Positions 62,270 through 64,000 of a stretch of 64,000 nt of DNA are shown here, piece after piece. The stretch comes from an uncultured Planctomycetaceae bacterium (GTDB lineage: Bacteria; Planctomycetota; Planctomycetia; Planctomycetales; Planctomycetaceae). Position 1 is the first letter of the stretch; each line of letters starts with the position of its first letter. A model generated the notes under the pieces. That model ran no database searches and was not told where the DNA came from. It saw only the letters and a program-made list of their open reading frames with translations. The translations under genes were made by a program, and so were the position numbers. The stretch is from NCBI GenBank assembly GCA_963815195.1, contig CAWFGE010000004.1, forward strand, positions 32,001 to 96,000. The letters are read 5' to 3'.

Positions 62270-62460
62270 TGGCTTACATCATTGACAATTTCGCATCCAT
62301 GAAACGAAGCCGCGAATGATGGCAAGCGGGGCGAAATCGGTCAATCCCGAAATCGGCTCTTTCGCCGGATGCCGATTTCGCTAAAATCCCGGCGAATCGG
62401 AGCCGCTCATGAAGCATCAGATCAACATCGGAATCCTCGCGACAGTGATTCTCAGCGGTT

Positions 62461-62600
62461 GGGTGGCTGGGGCGCAATTATGCCTTTGACTAAGTTTGAA
62501 TCGCGAATGCTGGGGCTGTGGACAAACCATAAAAAGATCACACGGCCCCAGCACGCACAGCCCGACTGACTCGGCCAATGGTTTTGCGCCCCAGCCACCC
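62461..62600. repeat. Nested inverted repeat (GGGTGGCTGGGG-type REPIN)
   Basis: Perfect 17-bp arms 62461-62477 / 62584-62600 with an inner stem 62508-62553. Confidence 0.75.
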
Positions 62601-62658
62601 CGCAATCCCTCGCATTTGTCCGTTGTCCTCGGAAACTTGAGATTTGAAGGGACGAACC

Positions 62659-64000
62659 GTGCGGCAATCTCTATCCTCCATCCTCCATCCTCCAACCTCA
62701 CGCTTGATCCTGTTGATGTTCGCGTTCATTGCGAGCGGCGGCATCGCGAACGCCCAGGCGCTGCCCGTGCAGGAAGACGCTGCGCTTCATGACGTGCAGT
62801 TCGTCGGCGGGAAGATCGGGTGGGCGGTGGGCGATCATGGGGTGATCTGGCACACGGACAACGGCGGCCAGACGTGGGAGTTCATCGCCTCGCCTGTCGA
62901 TTGCCCGCTCAGGAGCATTTGTTTCCTCACCGACCGCGTGGGCTGGATCGCCGGCGGCGGCACGACGCCTCACACCCGCTTGAGCTACGGCGTCGTGCTG
63001 TTCACCGACGACGGCGGCAAGTCCTGGCAACTTTTGGCCCGCGACACCGTGCCCACCTTGACCTACATTCACTTCTTCGGATTGCAAGAAGGCGTCGCCG
63101 TCGGGGAAGCAACACAGGAGCATCCCACCGGCGTGCTCATCACCAAAGATGGCGGCAAAACCTGGCTGCCGACCCCCGGCGAACGCCACTCCGGCTGGCG
63201 AACGGCGGAGTTTCTCGAACCTGAAGTCGGCGTCGTCGCCGGGCTTCGCGGGCAGGTGAAACTCGTCGGCGGCGGGCAAATGCTCGCGTCGCAATCGGGA
63301 ACCGACGGCCTCAGGAACATCCACGCCGTCCGCGTGAACCGCGACGATGCCGGCTGGCTCGCGGGCGACGGCGGGCTGTTGATGCAAACCGACAACGGCG
63401 GCGTATCCTGGCATCCGCCCGCCGGCCAGTTGCCTCAAACCGCCCAAAGCACGATCGACTTCCGAGCCCTCGCCAACCAGGGCACGCACGTCTGGGTCGC
63501 GGGAAATCCCGGCAGCGTGGTTTGGCATTCGCCGGACAACGGCCGGAGCTGGCAGAAACAGTTCACCGGGCAGCCGCTGCCCATTTCCGCGATGACGTTC
63601 ACCTCCGAAACCACGGGTTGGGCGGTCGGGGCGATGGGGCTGATGCTCTGGACCGGCGACGGCGGCCAGACTTGGCGGACGATTCGCGGCGAGCACCGCC
63701 GGGCCGCTTTGATGATTCTCTCCGCCCGGCCCTCGGGTGTTCCGTTTGCGCTGTTGACCAAGCTCAGCGGCGATGAAGGTTACCGCAGCGCCGTGTATCT
63801 TCCCGCCCGCCGGGATCTCGGTGCGGACGCCGCGGACTTCGCGAGTCTCGATCTGCAATTGTCGGAAGCTGTCGCTGATGTGGGCGGTTCGTTCGCCGAA
63901 ACCAGTTGGCAACTGCCGCTGGTGGTGCCGGGCCTGGAAAAGAATTCCGAACGCCTGCTCGCCGACTGGAACGCGCGAACGGAAAACAAATTTGCGAATG
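62659..64000 (+). CDS. YCF48-like BNR/Asp-box beta-propeller protein, runs off the window end
   Basis: Open frame from GTG 62659; DAALHDVQFV..GWAVGDHGVIWHTDNGGQTW and repeated TDDGGKSW-type Asp-boxes; not in the ORF track because there is no stop. Confidence 0.85.
   Translation, partial: MRQSLSSILHPPTSRLILLMFAFIASGGIANAQALPVQEDAALHDVQFVGGKIGWAVGDHGVIWHTDNGGQTWEFIASPVDCPLRSICFLTDRVGWIAGGGTTPHTRLSYGVVLFTDDGGKSWQLLARDTVPTLTYIHFFGLQEGVAVGEATQEHPTGVLITKDGGKTWLPTPGERHSGWRTAEFLEPEVGVVAGLRGQVKLVGGGQMLASQSGTDGLRNIHAVRVNRDDAGWLAGDGGLLMQTDNGGVSWHPPAGQLPQTAQSTIDFRALANQGTHVWVAGNPGSVVWHSPDNGRSWQKQFTGQPLPISAMTFTSETTGWAVGAMGLMLWTGDGGQTWRTIRGEHRRAALMILSARPSGVPFALLTKLSGDEGYRSAVYLPARRDLGADAADFASLDLQLSEAVADVGGSFAETSWQLPLVVPGLEKNSERLLADWNARTENKFAN

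Overview
A 64-kb, GC-rich chromosomal window that looks planctomycetal (Planctomycetaceae-like): DUF1549/DUF1553, DUF1501 and PSCyt1-WD40 genes, a long planctomycete-type ACP, and many REP-like palindromes. Most genes are housekeeping or envelope functions: ACP-fabZ-fabF, apgM, mnmE-yidC, metF, ribBA, an addA-like helicase-nuclease, a moxR/DUF58 operon and hldE-waaF-GT4-LPS kinase. About 11 single-base frameshifts in conserved genes point to an unpolished long-read assembly. The main finding is an unannotated ~250-nt element on the minus strand (48965-49218) with the full architecture of a retron msr-msd ncRNA of the Myxococcus Mx162 type: an a1/a2 stem, a candidate branching G, two short msr hairpins and a long msd hairpin predicting a ~166-nt msDNA. 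It sits directly upstream of a 1094-aa helical-repeat/BRCT protein gene instead of a reverse transcriptase gene. No RT is present in the window, which suggests a split or orphan retron. A second notable feature is a 3.9-kb, integrase-less, lower-GC insert at the 3' end of ribBA. It is flanked by a 191-bp direct repeat and built from gene fragments (IS, RHS and others), several of them joined at REP/REPIN elements.
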